Positions 27,015 to 38,847 of a DNA stretch of 64,000 bases are shown in pieces. The DNA lies in the NCBI RefSeq assembly GCF_004010195.1, contig NC_057760.1:1951422-2015421 (forward strand), given 5' to 3'. This DNA is from Chiloscyllium plagiosum (Eukaryota). A program made the translations under genes and the position numbers. The notes beneath the pieces are model-generated. The model worked only from the letters and a program-made list of their open reading frames with translations. It ran no database searches and was not told the DNA's origin. The number at the start of each line of letters is the position of its first letter. Position 1 is the stretch's first letter.

Positions 27015-30000
27015 TTTTGAAAAACACACGAGTGCCTTTTCAGAATCTTTAAGTCGCTCATCGACGACATGTACTCTCTGACATTACCACGGGCCAGGGT
27101 CCGGGTCGTACTGGTGTTAAATGAGGCTCGAAATAAGATGTAATATATCAGTCTGGTGTCATAACTGATCTTGGTTTTGCTCTTTACTTATTAATTTTTT
27201 TTGGTGGGCTTGGCCGGACCTCGTCTCTGGCCAGGGCCGGTCTGTGGTATTCTGCTCACTAATTACTACAACTTGTCAGTGATAAGGTGAGCCTGGATGT
27301 CTTTTGGGCGAATGTTTGGAATCGTTCAATGCTGAGGAATTTTATGAAGCTGTTATTCAAGCCCAGCCACTTGCCACAAGCGCCCATTATGAAGCCGCCT
27401 TCGGCTCAGAGCCTTCCGTCAATTCCATTATCTCGGCGTTAAGGTGGTTGTATTGCTGTCTTTGTTCCTGCCACCCCATTTCTAGAGCTTTGCTGTCATT
27501 TTTGTACCGCTCTGTAACATCGATCACCACGATCTTTTGATCTTTCTTAAATTGAAGATCGGGTTTCCACAGTGAGCCATCTTTCACGAACAATCTCGGC
27601 TCAACTTATGAACTTACTGACATGCTTCTGCAGCTGGTCTACAATACTATTCTGGCGCTTCATTCGAGTGTTTTTAAATGAATGGGCAACAACCGGAGAT
27701 GTGTGAAATGGTTTTGATTGCCGTCTCACACTTTTGGCAAGTGTTGATTCTGTTTGGTGTTCCTCTTGATAGGTGGCTCCTCGGGTATAGATTACTCCGC
27801 AGTTTAGGAGCTGTGAAGACTTTAGTTGGATTGCTGGTTTCAACCAAGAGTTTGCGATCCTGTCATCTCTGTAATACTGAATGCTTGCTCCTTGACATTC
27901 AAGCTTCCGCCACTTTTGGAATTCCCCCTCTCTCCATCCTGCATACCTGTTCGGGTGGTTTCTGTCGCCCAGCGTCCACCTCCTGAAGTGCTGGCATAAT
28001 GGCCTGGAGGTGAGTCACTGGGTCCATTTCCCCTTCACCACCACTGTGGCTGCAAGGCAGGAAATCTTCGAGTTCTTTGAGGACTTTGAGAAGACACCGT
28101 TGCATTCTCCTCTATATTGAAAGGAGACCCGTATGATCGCATCCTTGGACATCTCTAGTGCCTGGCGTTTGCAGACAATCGTGGCTGGAATCTGCACTTC
28201 TTGTTTTGGCATGCCCAGACCGCCGTTCCTGTTGCTGGCATACAGGATTCCATCGTTGGTATGAGGTGGGAAGGGGAGGAACTCTTTCATGGCGCTGTGT
28301 ATGTTCTGGTCGAACTTTATGAGTATGCTTCGAAATACTTCGGACAGGATTAACTAAAAATACAATCTGGGGACAACATGAGGTTTTAGGATTTCTAGGC
28401 ATTGCTTTGGTCAGAGAGATGCTGCCTGTATTCCTTTCACCCAGGTCTTAAGCCTCTCCTTCCAACACACCTGCCCACCGGTCAATACAGGCACCCAGGT
28501 ATTTCTCAGTATCGCCTGAGGGTATATAGAATAGAGATTCAATACACAGCTTCCAGTTAACCAAGTGATTGTACAGTAATGCCTTCCTCTTGAATGTAAA
28601 GTGGAAGCCTTTTGTCTTCACGATGTCACTATGCCTGGAGCAGCTTCAGATTCCTCACCATACCAGTTTGAGAGTAATGCAGAAGGGCTATGACATCCGG
28701 GAAAGCCAAAGTCAAGCAGTTGACTCTTCTACCACCTAGGGGCATGGTGACCCCCGGAGTCAGCCTTCTCCATAGAGCATATCAAAGGATCCAGAGTGAT
28801 GTTAAATAATATGTGCGAGAGTTTTACGCCCCTCTCAATGTTTACTGGAGTGGTATAAGTTCCGTTCCCTTCTATCACAGTTGTATTGCCAGCGTAGAGA
28901 TCCTGGATCCGGTCTACAAAGGCTTTCGGGAGATGTGTTCTCTGCAGCGTTTTCAATAGTAATTTGTGCCCAACCGAGTCGAACGCTTTTGCCAGATCAA
29001 CAAAGACAATGGCAAGGTCTTTACTGTTATGTTTCGCTCCATTAATTATGTTCTCTCGGATGACAACGTTCTCATTGCAACCGGAAGTGGCTGCTCGAAG
29101 CCCCTTTTGTCTGTTGTTAATTTTAACAGTTTCACAGAGGCATTTTCGCCATTAGTTTTGTGAAAATTCTTAGCAGCATTGGACCAATGGTTATCAGCCG
29201 CCAGCTGTCGATGTTTTTCAGGCAGTCTTCATCAAGACCATTTGACTTTTATTTAGTAATTCCGGTATTGTGTTTGATTTTAACTACAAGGAGAAGAGTT
29301 GGGATAGACGAGTTTCCTCCTCCTCCTCGTGAATGGATCTTATATCATCCAGTTTCAGGGTGTCCGGTCCAGCGGCACTGTGCTAGTCTATCCCCTGGAT
29401 AGCTGTCTCAACCTCCTCTACCTCTATGGGTTTCATCAAGGATCCATCATCTATGTTCCCAGTATACAGGGCGTATTTACCGATATGGGATTTATGATTT
29501 GGTACCAACAGTTTCTCCTGGAAACATGCCTCCAGTTCCTCTTTTGGGAGAGGACAAGCCCTGGCACCCCCATGATCTCTCGGGCTAGCTGGCGCCGGCT
29601 GGTTTTGTAGAGCTGCTGCGTCACTCTGAACAGAGCTCTAAGTGTTGCCCATCTTTTCTTTGTGCTGGTATTATTGCCAGTCCATGTGTCCTTTTTTAAT
29701 CTGGCCTCCTTGAGACTTTCTCCATTAATTGTCTCTCCCTACCATTCATGAGTAGGTCAGTAATATTCTCCATTAGTCCAACCCAAGGGCCAGAATGTCC
29801 GGGGCATTCCTCACGCTCAAAAGCTCCTCGGCTTGTTTTAGCTGGTCATCTATATCCCTGTGCTTAGGCATTGAAGCTGGTGTTCTGCGATTGGCTCTTT
29901 AGCGTGGGTTTGGTTCGTTGGAATTATCCCAAACACACACATTGTCTCAGATTCGTGCACGTCATTAGCTATGCTCACACCATTTGGAATTTGGATCTCC

Positions 30001-31087
30001 GCCAGGGTGTTCGCAAGGGTTCTGCATTTGTCAGATATTTGCTTGTGTGTTTTTGTTTTAAGGATGCTAGCGATCTCTTTGTTAATGAATTTGCATCCTG
30101 AAAAACTCTTTTCTCACTGCCTCAGGAGTGCAACTTCCTCCTGTGATCATATGTGGTCACTTCTCCCCGATTTGCCTTTGACCTGGAGTGCTATTTTGAG
30201 GCGATTTTAATTTTGTAGAACGGGGTATTGAGGCCTCTCGTGTTGACCTAGTCCAGCCTGGGTTGTAAACCACTGGTCACGCGCTGCATGCGAAGTCCCC
30301 TTCTGGAGGGGGTTTCTTACCTTTGCATACAGGGTAATGGCAGGAGATTGCGCGGTACTCTCCTGCTCTATCGCTTCATAAACATTTTGTCCGAATGTTC
30401 TTAATTCAATGCACCTTGGTGATGTGCTTGAACAGGCTCACCGTGAGGAAGAGGGTATCACAGTCTGTGCAGAACAACCAGTCAATGGGGTAATGGATTA
30501 TTACCCCCTCGGACAGACGTTCTGTCATATGTTGGTTCGATAACAACAACTTCCATGAAGGCAGCTGTCTCGGTTGTCATACCATCAATCTCGATTGCCG
30601 AATGCTCTGTGCCCTGTTTCAATATTTGATAATCCTTGTTGTAGAAGGTTTGAGTAGTGATGCTTATATCATCTGGTGGGTCCTTCTACAACATTAACCA
30701 TGTCATCCACTACTGGACGAGTCGGCTCCTTGGAGGAGTAGCCGAGCTCAGCTTCAAGCAGAGCAAGAGGTATCATCCCACGATCACTGTCTCGGTTTGA
30801 CTCGAGACTGATCTTGTTGCCAGCTTTGTCGAGCAGGTGCATTTACAATTTGCAAGGCTGCTGGGAGGTTGGTTATCCGGGACGCTTCCCAGCCGGACTG
30901 CTCCATTGAAAGTGGAAAACGCGTTCCGTTTTTTGAGTGATACCGAGGTATCCAGTTTGCTCAGACCACAGCCGTCTCGTACTTATTTCTCAGTCGTTTT
31001 GTCACTCAGCAGCCAAGGCTACCGAGCTTAGCAGCGGGGCCAACGAGGAGACATCACACAAACTATGTGCCACAAAATACATCAAAA
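27015..31087 (-). mobile_element. Near full-length, degenerate R2 (R2A-clade-like) non-LTR retrotransposon in ADAR intron 4
   Basis: Frameshifted minus-strand motifs in R2 order: three N-terminal zinc fingers (CTDC..KHITKVH; AISCHYPVCKG; DQWFTTQAGLGQHER), Myb (SQEEVALL..FINKEIASILKTKTHKQISDK), RT (WRLITIGPMLLRIF, VFVDLAKAFDSVGH, ILFNITLDPL), GGLG thumb, CCHC knuckle (CQKC..TISHISGCC) and RLE (KPDL..IVVIDVT). Confidence 0.9.
30990..31070 (-). ncRNA. HDV-like ribozyme remnant in the R2 5' UTR
   Basis: Minus strand GTC-TCCTCGTT-GGC-CCCGCT-GC-TAA-[GCTCGGTAGC CTTG GCTGCTGAGT hairpin]-GAC-AAA matches the P3/L3/P1'/P4/J4-2 layout of R2 ribozymes. P1.1 GG appears mutated and P2 is uncertain. Confidence 0.7.
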
Positions 31088-31270
31088 CATCATCCCCCCC
31101 ACCCATTTATCTCTCCACCCATCCCGGCCTACAAGCCTCATTCCTGATGAAGGACTTTTGCTCGAAATGCCGATTCTTGTGCTCCTTGGATGCTGCCTGA
31201 CCCCGCTGTGCTTTTCCAGCGCCACACTCTCTACTCTGATCTCCAGCATGTGCAGTCCTCACCTTTTCCT
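31088..31270 (+). mobile_element. Penelope-like terminal repeat with degenerate hammerhead core, right half of the R2 host repeat
   Basis: CTGATGA-AGGACTTTTGCTC-GAAA at 31144-31167, followed by the family terminus gatgctgcctga...ctgatctccagc...cctcac. Confidence 0.65.
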
Positions 31271-31509
31271 GGCTGAACAGCCTACTCCAATTTTCTACAT
31301 TCAGCCCTGGAATTATTAACAAGCTCAAAAGTTTAACCACACCTTGCTTTCCACATCTTATACTTGAAAGACTACAGCCTGAAATTGGCATGGTTCCATT
31401 TATCGGCATTTCAAACCCCCAAAGAAAACAAACAGACTTTTTAAAAAAAAATCGTCTTCCTTAAAAGATATTTCCAGAGCTCAGAACATCTGTATGTGAC
31501 ACCACATAC

Positions 31510-31676
31510 CTAGGGTCATGGGGAGGACCGCTCTGTGATACAAGTTGAAATTCACATGCATTGCCTGACTTCTGTGCATACTCCATTAACATGCAGACTG
31601 GATTTTTCCCTGCGGGCAGCGAGGGTTGAGACAGAGTACACGGTTCAGTCTTCATTTCACTTGGAAGAGCTGTACA
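31510..31676 (-). CDS. ADAR: ADAR1 exon 4 (dsRBD2 N-terminal half)
   Basis: [34 protein letters not shown]; pyrimidine tract + cag acceptor, donor AG|gtatgt. Confidence 0.92.
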
Positions 31677-33068
31677 CTGGGAAGGGGAGTGGGGAGGAGA
31701 GATACAATACCAGGTTCATATTTCAGAGACATACAATCATAGATTTTTAGAACACAGGACATAGTTCAGATGCAATGCGCCTGTCCACACGAGTCTTCTC
31801 CCAGCCCATCTTATTTCATCCTGTCAACATATCCATCTCAGATTTAATCCAACATTGAAGATCCCAACATCCCATTAATCCTGATACATAAATTACTTTC
31901 ACGTGCAGTTACAGAAAAAGGTTAGCACCAGCGAAGCTCCCCTTAGTTCACAGCACAGTTGGTGCTCATGCAATGACTGCTTGCTGGTGGGACACTTGAC
32001 AGGCGATTCAGAAATACTGCTCACGACAAATCTTCACTCAAAGGAGGTAAAAGGTAACAGGACACCAGATTATTGTCCCTGAAGAAGTGAAGCAGTCTGT
32101 ATGTTTCACACCATCAGCACAGAGATCACCACAGTCCTCAGTAATACAAGCAATTGAAGCCTGCAGATTGGCTTTTGATTGCCAGAGTCCTGCCCACTGA
32201 CAAAGCTTTAAAATTATGAAAGGTAGAGACAGATTGGCACAGAAACACTTGCTTTAATGCAGCAGCCATGGTCTACTGAGTTTTGGGCAGCTTAATGTGC
32301 AGGTGACCGGATTGAGATCTACAAAACAATGGAGGGGTTGGTTAATGTCTCTGTTGATGGATTACTCCAGTTTAACAGATGGACAGGGATCAGGGAACGC
32401 GAGTGCAAAATGCGAAAGAGTAGGACAGACTGGATGTCAGGTGATTAACCATTTCCCAAACAATAACGATTCCCTGGAGTACGCCGCTGCCTGGTGCAAT
32501 GAGTGCTGATACTGTGCTCAGTTTCAAGAGGGAGCTGGACTGGTCCCTCACCGCAGCAGAGATTATATTGCATGGAAGGCAGGTACAGTGACTTGGACTT
32601 GCTTCCATCCTTGGAGGGATAGGAGTTACTCAGAGCACATTTTTCTCTGCAAGATGGGAGGGTGGCAGGAAGCAACCATGACTGCTGTACCAGCTGGTCT
32701 TTTCCTGCCTGTCAATTATTTACATTATGCTAGTGTTCAAAAAAACTAATGACATTTCATTACTGCATAATAAGTGGACGTGGCTGAAAGAACCTCTCCC
32801 CTCTGGAGCTGGTTCAAGATGTCAAAGGACCATTCATACTGCATAGAAAACAGTAATTCCACAAATCAGTCCAATGCAGGGGTTTCTGGTACAAACACCT
32901 TCAGGGAAACGTTAGATTGAAATGTTAAAAATTAATTAAAATTTAGCACACAAAATATTCCCTGTTGGTTCCTGGAGTCTAACTCACTGCAACAATCAGA
33001 CATTTACGCCAAAGCCTTTCTAATCCATAAACACTGGTTTCAGAAAAGGTGTGGCATACTATACCAAC

Positions 33069-33249
33069 CTCCATTGTGACCAGAGGCTCAGAATGGGGAG
33101 AGGAAGGAGGAATCTCTATGTCTTCGCCCAGAATCTCTTTCAGTAGCACTTTCAGGGCATTGGTTGCTGCATCCTTCTTAGCTGTCTTCTTGCTGTTAGC
33201 TTCAGCCGGAGGAAATCTCCTGCCATCTATAGATGCCTGCATCCTGAAC
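33069..33249 (-). CDS. ADAR: ADAR1 exon 3 (dsRBD1 C-terminal half)
   Basis: FRMQASIDGRRFPPAEANSKKTAKKDAA; acceptor aag|G, donor GAG|gttggt (an alternative donor at 33065 is possible). Confidence 0.92.
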
Positions 33250-33354
33250 CTTTAGTCACAAGGGAAAGAGTGGTGGTCAGTTAAAGAAACAGGACTTTTA
33301 TACAGTGCTTTGCCAAACTTCCAGGCATTATGAGAAACATGGACAGAACAGTTA

Positions 33355-34225
33355 GTCAGAGTCACAGAGTCATACAGCAAGGAAACAGACTCTTCGGTCC
33401 AACCAGTCCATGCTGGTCATAATCCCAAAATAAACTAGTCCCACCTGACTGCACTTGGCCCATATCCCTCTAAACATTTCTTATTCATGTACTTACCCAA
33501 ATGCCTTTAAACATTGTAACTGTATTCGCATCCACCAGATCCTCTGGAAGATCACTCCACACATGAACCATTCTGGAGTAAAAAAAAATCTGCCCTTCTG
33601 ATTTAAAAAAGATATTCCTCCTCTCACCTTAGGGATAAACATCTGCCATTCACCTCATCTACACCCCTCATAATTTTATAAGCCACTATAATGTCACCCC
33701 TCAACCTCCTACATTCCAGTGAAAGAGGTCCCAGCATATCTAGCATCTCCTTCTAACTCAAACCCTCCATTCCTGGTAACATTCTGGTAAATCTCTTCTG
33801 AGTCCTCTCCAGTTTAATAATATCCTTCCGAAAACAGGGTGACCAAGAACTGGACACAGTTCTCCAGAAGAGGCCTCACCAACATCCTGTACAAACTCAA
33901 CTTCATGTCCCAACTCCTACTCAAATCTCTAGAGCAATGAAGTCTTTTTCACCAGGATAGAAATATCAATTACAATGAGACAGGCAAAAGGGGATAAGTT
34001 TAAAGGAGTTGTGAAAGCTAAGTTTTTTTAAATATACAGGGAGGGAAGTGCCTGAAACGTGCTGCCAGAGGTGGCGTTGGAGGCAGATATAACAGAAATG
34101 TTTGAGAGGCACACACACACACACGGAATAGAGGGATATGGACTGCGCAAAGGTAAAACATTTTTAGTTTAGAAAAAGGGTGTGTTAGCGCAATCTTGGT
34201 GGGCCAAAGGGTCGTTCCTGTGCTG
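33355..34225. mobile_element. Two CR1 3' fragments in opposite orientation (minus 33355-33940, plus 33940-34225)
   Basis: CR1 3' UTR octamer tails at both outer ends. Confidence 0.75.
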
Positions 34226-34664
34226 TACTGTTCTTTGTATTCCAAACAGCCCCACAGTCAATTAGAGTACTTAGTTGACATGACGGCACGGTCTTTATGC
34301 AGTATGGGATACAGTGGTCAGTCTTGCAGATCATACACTATCAGAAGGCTGGAACATGCACTCTACAACTAGCACCAGATGTAGCAATGAAAGACCTTGT
34401 GCAATAAAACACGTTTACCACCAACTCCAAACTCTGAGAAACTGCCAATGCTGAAAACTGAAAACAAGCCTGAGGAGGCTTCAGCATGTTTACACTGCTT
34501 CTCAATGTCGATTTTGAAAGAATGGCGATAAACAGTAGCTGTAATGTATTTCATTGTGTGGTCTGAAGCCTGGGTTTCAATGAATCCTAGACTGAGCCTG
34601 GACCCACAGAATATCTCTGGCAAGAAGGTCTCCCTGCGACTCAGAATCTGACTGGCTCTGGAAT

Positions 34665-34940
34665 AAAAACAGGAATTGTTGGAGAAACTCAACAGGTCTG
34701 GCAGCATCTATATGGACAGAGCGAGAGACAGAGCATGGGCACCAGCAAGATAGAAAGAGAGAGTGCGCAAGACAGAGAGTAAGCGAGAGAGCAAGAAGCA
34801 AGGTTTAACATTCAAGTCACAAAGAGTCATAATGGACTCAAAATGCTGACTCTGTTTCTCCCTCCATTGGTGCTGTTAGACCTGCTGGGTTTCTCCAGCA
34901 CTTTCTACCTCTATTCCAGATCTCAGACGTCTGCAGTGTT
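34665..34940. mobile_element. Older fold-back Penelope-type element (second family)
   Basis: Imperfect inverted arms tggagaaactcaacaggtctggcagcatc / gtgctgttagacctgctgggtttctccagc. Confidence 0.55.
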
Positions 34941-35391
34941 TGACTTTTGTCTTACTGGTTCTGTTCTGATTTGGATCCGAACCCCTAATGCCACTCAGCT
35001 TTCTCAGGCCTTTATGCAGCAATTCCTAGATGTTGGATGGGGATGAGAGCTGACAAGATATTAGCCCTGGCAGTCATCCTGGGCAGTGTTAAAAGTATTG
35101 GCCTGACATTTACAGAGGTTCTGAACCAGGCCAGTTTCTCACAGCTTGAGTTAAACGCGCATCTGCAACAACAGGTGCCCAGTAATAACGTTTCCTATTT
35201 GAGAAAAGAATTTAATGTTTCTCAGCTCTGTGGTCTGGCAGTATCATGCTTAACCACACAGGTTAGGTAATTCTCCAAACTTATCTGCAGTTTCTGAGGA
35301 AGAAACAACTACACAAATCACAACGATTCTGAGGTATATAAAACCAATGTGGATAAAAGTGTTGGAAATAAAACAAAGAGCAGCACATATG

Positions 35392-35572
35392 AAACAAAAA
35401 CAAATTGCTGGAGAAACTCAGCTAGCCTGGCAGCATCTTTGGACTCTGGCAGCAGAGTTAATGTTTCAAGTCCAGTGACCTTTGTTCTGAAGGACAGTCA
35501 CTGGACTCGAAACGTTAACTCTTATTTTCTCTCGAGATGCTGCCAGACTAGCTGAATTCCTCCAGCAATTTC
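35392..35572. mobile_element. Older fold-back Penelope-type element (second family) with hammerhead-like core
   Basis: Arms aattgctggagaaactcagctag / ctagctgaattcctccagcaatt; centre CTGAAGGAC-AGTC-ACTG-GACT-C-GAAA-CGTT. Confidence 0.6.
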
Positions 35573-37348
35573 TGGATGCAAATGTTCCCCTCTCAGAACA
35601 AAACCCAGATTCGACACAACAGCACTGTTAGATTTACAGAAAACCTCTTTCTACAAACTAGAATGATACAACCAATTAACAATGACACTGCCCCTTTCAA
35701 TATCGCGCTCTTATAGTCCCAAAGAAGATGGACAATTTTGTGCGAATTAATTCTAAATGGTGAGTAATTCAACACTGTGGCCTCAAGCACAGGACTGCAG
35801 TGATTCCAATGACCAGTGGTTTCATTTAAGAGTGTGAAAATCACTCTCTCCTCCTGTGTGGAGGGTGGGACAGGTTAACTGAAGTCCTCAGAGCTCAGAT
35901 GAATGAATATGAATCTTTGTTGGGTCGGAATGTTTAGTGAAGAGTACTCAAAAGGGTTTAGAAAGAGGAAGTACAGATCGGGCTTCAATTAACTGCATGG
36001 CAGCGGAAAAACCACAAAGGGAAAGGAGAATGGTGCCATTTGTGGATACTGGAATTACACAGAGTTGTGAAGGAGGAAGTCTGTGCCAAACACATTCTTC
36101 ATTTCAGATGCTGATTATATATACTGTCGGTATACTTTTCCCTGTTCAGGCAGTAGACAACGAGTTGAGTTTAGAATCAGGCCCGAGAACAGCCCCTCTC
36201 ATGCTCCTGCCTTGCCAACTCAACTAAGAGGGAAAGCTTGCCAATCAGCAAGGCCATCCAGTTCCAAACACATATTTGTTCAGGTTTCCAGAGCAAACAG
36301 ATTCCTAGCTTTAGACAGCTCCAGTGGTCATTTAATGTCTGTGATCAAGGCAGAGGGCAAACTGATCATAACCAGTTTTCCTAGCAGGAGGGGAAAAAAA
36401 ACCTTAAAAACACAGATGATTCATCTGTGCCGTCACAAAGTGCCCCTCTTCACTAAGGGCGATGGAAAACTGGAATTTCCCTCTCCAAAAATGTTTGTTT
36501 TTAAAAATGTGGGGTCAAGTTAAAATGTAGTAGCCAATAATGATGGGTAATGACAACTGGTCAATGGAGCTGTAATGCTAATCAGCCACTGTTTAACTGA
36601 TAGGACATGAGGCATTCACCCTCTTAGCCAAACGTTCACTCCACTCAAGTGGGTGTTGCTGCACCATGTTCAAAACCAAGTCCCAGTGGCTTTTTTCATC
36701 AGAGGCAAGGGTTGGAAAGTTGCAAGGTGATTCTGACTGTGGTTATCAACAGGGTCCAATGCTTCAGCAGTGAAAAGATGGCCAATTTCAAACTGTCTCC
36801 GGATCTACAACCTCTCACTTCATGCCCTACCCAGCAATTCTCATGGTGACCTCTGTTAATGTCTACCTCCTACCAGAGAGACAGATATTGGAACAATGAA
36901 TTAAAGTTCCGCATGGTACGGGAGGAGACAAACTACAAAGAATTTGGTATTGCCAGCACATTTGACACAACAGGACTGTGATGAAGAGCAATAGGTAAGT
37001 GACACGCTGCGTCATTCATCCACCATAGTTGCCGTGCAAGATATCTCAGACCCTCTTCACCTCGAGCACCAAGGAAAAGCAACTGAGAGCGCGTGAGCAG
37101 CAGCGTGCACTCTTCCTCTAGCTTAATCATATTGTGTAACATAGGCAAGATCATTCAAGTGTAAATTTGTGACACATGCAGACGTATGCTTTCCTTAAGC
37201 TGGAATATTCAGGTAGTGATACTGACTTTGCAATGATTGGTATCAGTACAGACCAGAAATTGCTCTGGTATGCATGCTTCACCTGGTCAAGGATGAAAGA
37301 TCCACCACAGTCAGCACACTAGGCATACATAGTGTAGAGTTCTCTTAC

Positions 37349-38841
37349 CGAGGGTCATGGGATGGTCCCGTCTGGGCGAGGAGGATGAATTCACACTGCA
37401 ATGCTGAGCCCTGCGAATATTCCATGAGACCACTGACTGGGTTTTTCGTTAAACAGGCACGTAGCCGGTCAGTTGGTGAAAGTGTTGGGTGTTGATCAGC
37501 GCCAGGCTTGCCAGCCAACACGCCCTGTGGCAAACCAACTGTCTCGCCAGCCTCGCTCACACGGTTGATGATGTTCAGGTCGTCAGGGATATCGTCAGAT
37601 GCCCACTGGCCGTTTCCTGTAGTGCTGTCGTAGTAGTTTGCCTCAGCATGATTGGCCTTATGTTTCTCCACCTTAACATCGAGAAGCAGCGGAGCTGAAG
37701 TGGCCAGCGAATGCAAATCATTTGCTTCCTCTTGCAGAGCGACTGCCTGGCCATTCCCTACACTGCCCTCTTCCTTGACTTTGATCCCTTCAATGACCTC
37801 TTGAGAAACATCACTTTCACCTTGAATGGTCATTGGTATTCTCTCCACGGTTTCAATTCTGGGCTCACCCAGTTCATGCAGCTTCCTTTTCCTGAGCAGC
37901 ACTTCTTTCCTTCGGTCTGAAAGGGTCCAAATTGGTGGAAAGGCAGACTCCTTGTAGAGATCACCTTGATTTTCAAGCAAGTGAAGGGTGGGATTGATTT
38001 GCCGAGCTGACTTTAGTCCAGTGTTTTTGGCAATCTCAAGGGCAGTGGCCTTCTCCTTCTCCAAGAGGAAGGAGAAGATTTTGTTCTTTTGGGTTTCACC
38101 ATCTTCCATGTTGGAGTGATCCGTCATGCTGTCAGTGCTGTCTTCGTCGTCAGAGGCTTGCTCTTCTTTGCTGGGCGACACAGGTAAAGCTATGCCCTCG
38201 GGCGATGACCGCTGGCTTTCAGGGACCTGCTCTCTGGTTTCAGTTTGGCCTGCAAGATGCCACAGAGGGGGCGAGATGCCTTCCTTCCTCACTCGGTTTT
38301 CCTTCAGCAGATCATACAAGATGTGGTTGACTATTTTTTTCTGAATGCAGAGTTGCCTGGCTATCTGACGCGCTGGTAATCTTTCCGTCGGTCTAAGTTT
38401 TCCCAAAATAGACAGGATGTCTTGACGAGTGTTGCCACCCAGTGAGATATTCTCAAAACGCGAGAACAACTTATCTAATTCCGGCTCAGTCTTGGGGTTC
38501 TTCACTTTCTGGACGGGGGGAGCTGGGGCCCAGATGGTCCTAACAGGCTGCGGGCTGAAGTTGCTGCTCCAGCTCTTGGCTGGCGGACGGAAAACCCGCT
38601 GCTTTTGCTGGTACGATACTTGGCTCCTGTATGGCTGCTGATGCACAAAGGCAGGAGCCTGCGGGATCTGCCCGGTGAGAAACCGGATCTGCTGGCTTCG
38701 AAAATAATCAATTCCTGTTCCTTGGTTCGAGGAGTTCAAAGCTGTATGAGAGTTGTACTGATCGTGGGGGTGGTTATATCGATGAGAACCTTTAGCTTTA
38801 CCTCTACGTGCTTTTTTATCACCACCACTACCTCTGCTCAT
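37349..38841 (-). CDS. ADAR: ADAR1 exon 2 coding part: N-terminus, NES, Z-alpha (~aa135-197), Z-beta (~aa248-308), start of dsRBD1
   Basis: ORF 37345..38841 contains QQIRFLTGQIPQAP, KKIVNHILY...SPPLW, INPTL...PPIW, GQWASDDIPDDLN and KNPVSGLMEY...GPSHDPR. Acceptor ttttgtttcag|G at 38948; donor CG|gtaag at 37349. Confidence 0.96.
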
Positions 38842-38847
38842 AGCTCT

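Noticed and set aside
27005..27020. 28S rRNA fragment flanking the R2 element
   Set aside because: Only TAG matches the 28S target (TAGCCAAATG); the flank is Penelope-like repeat and there is no TTAAGG at the 5' junction.
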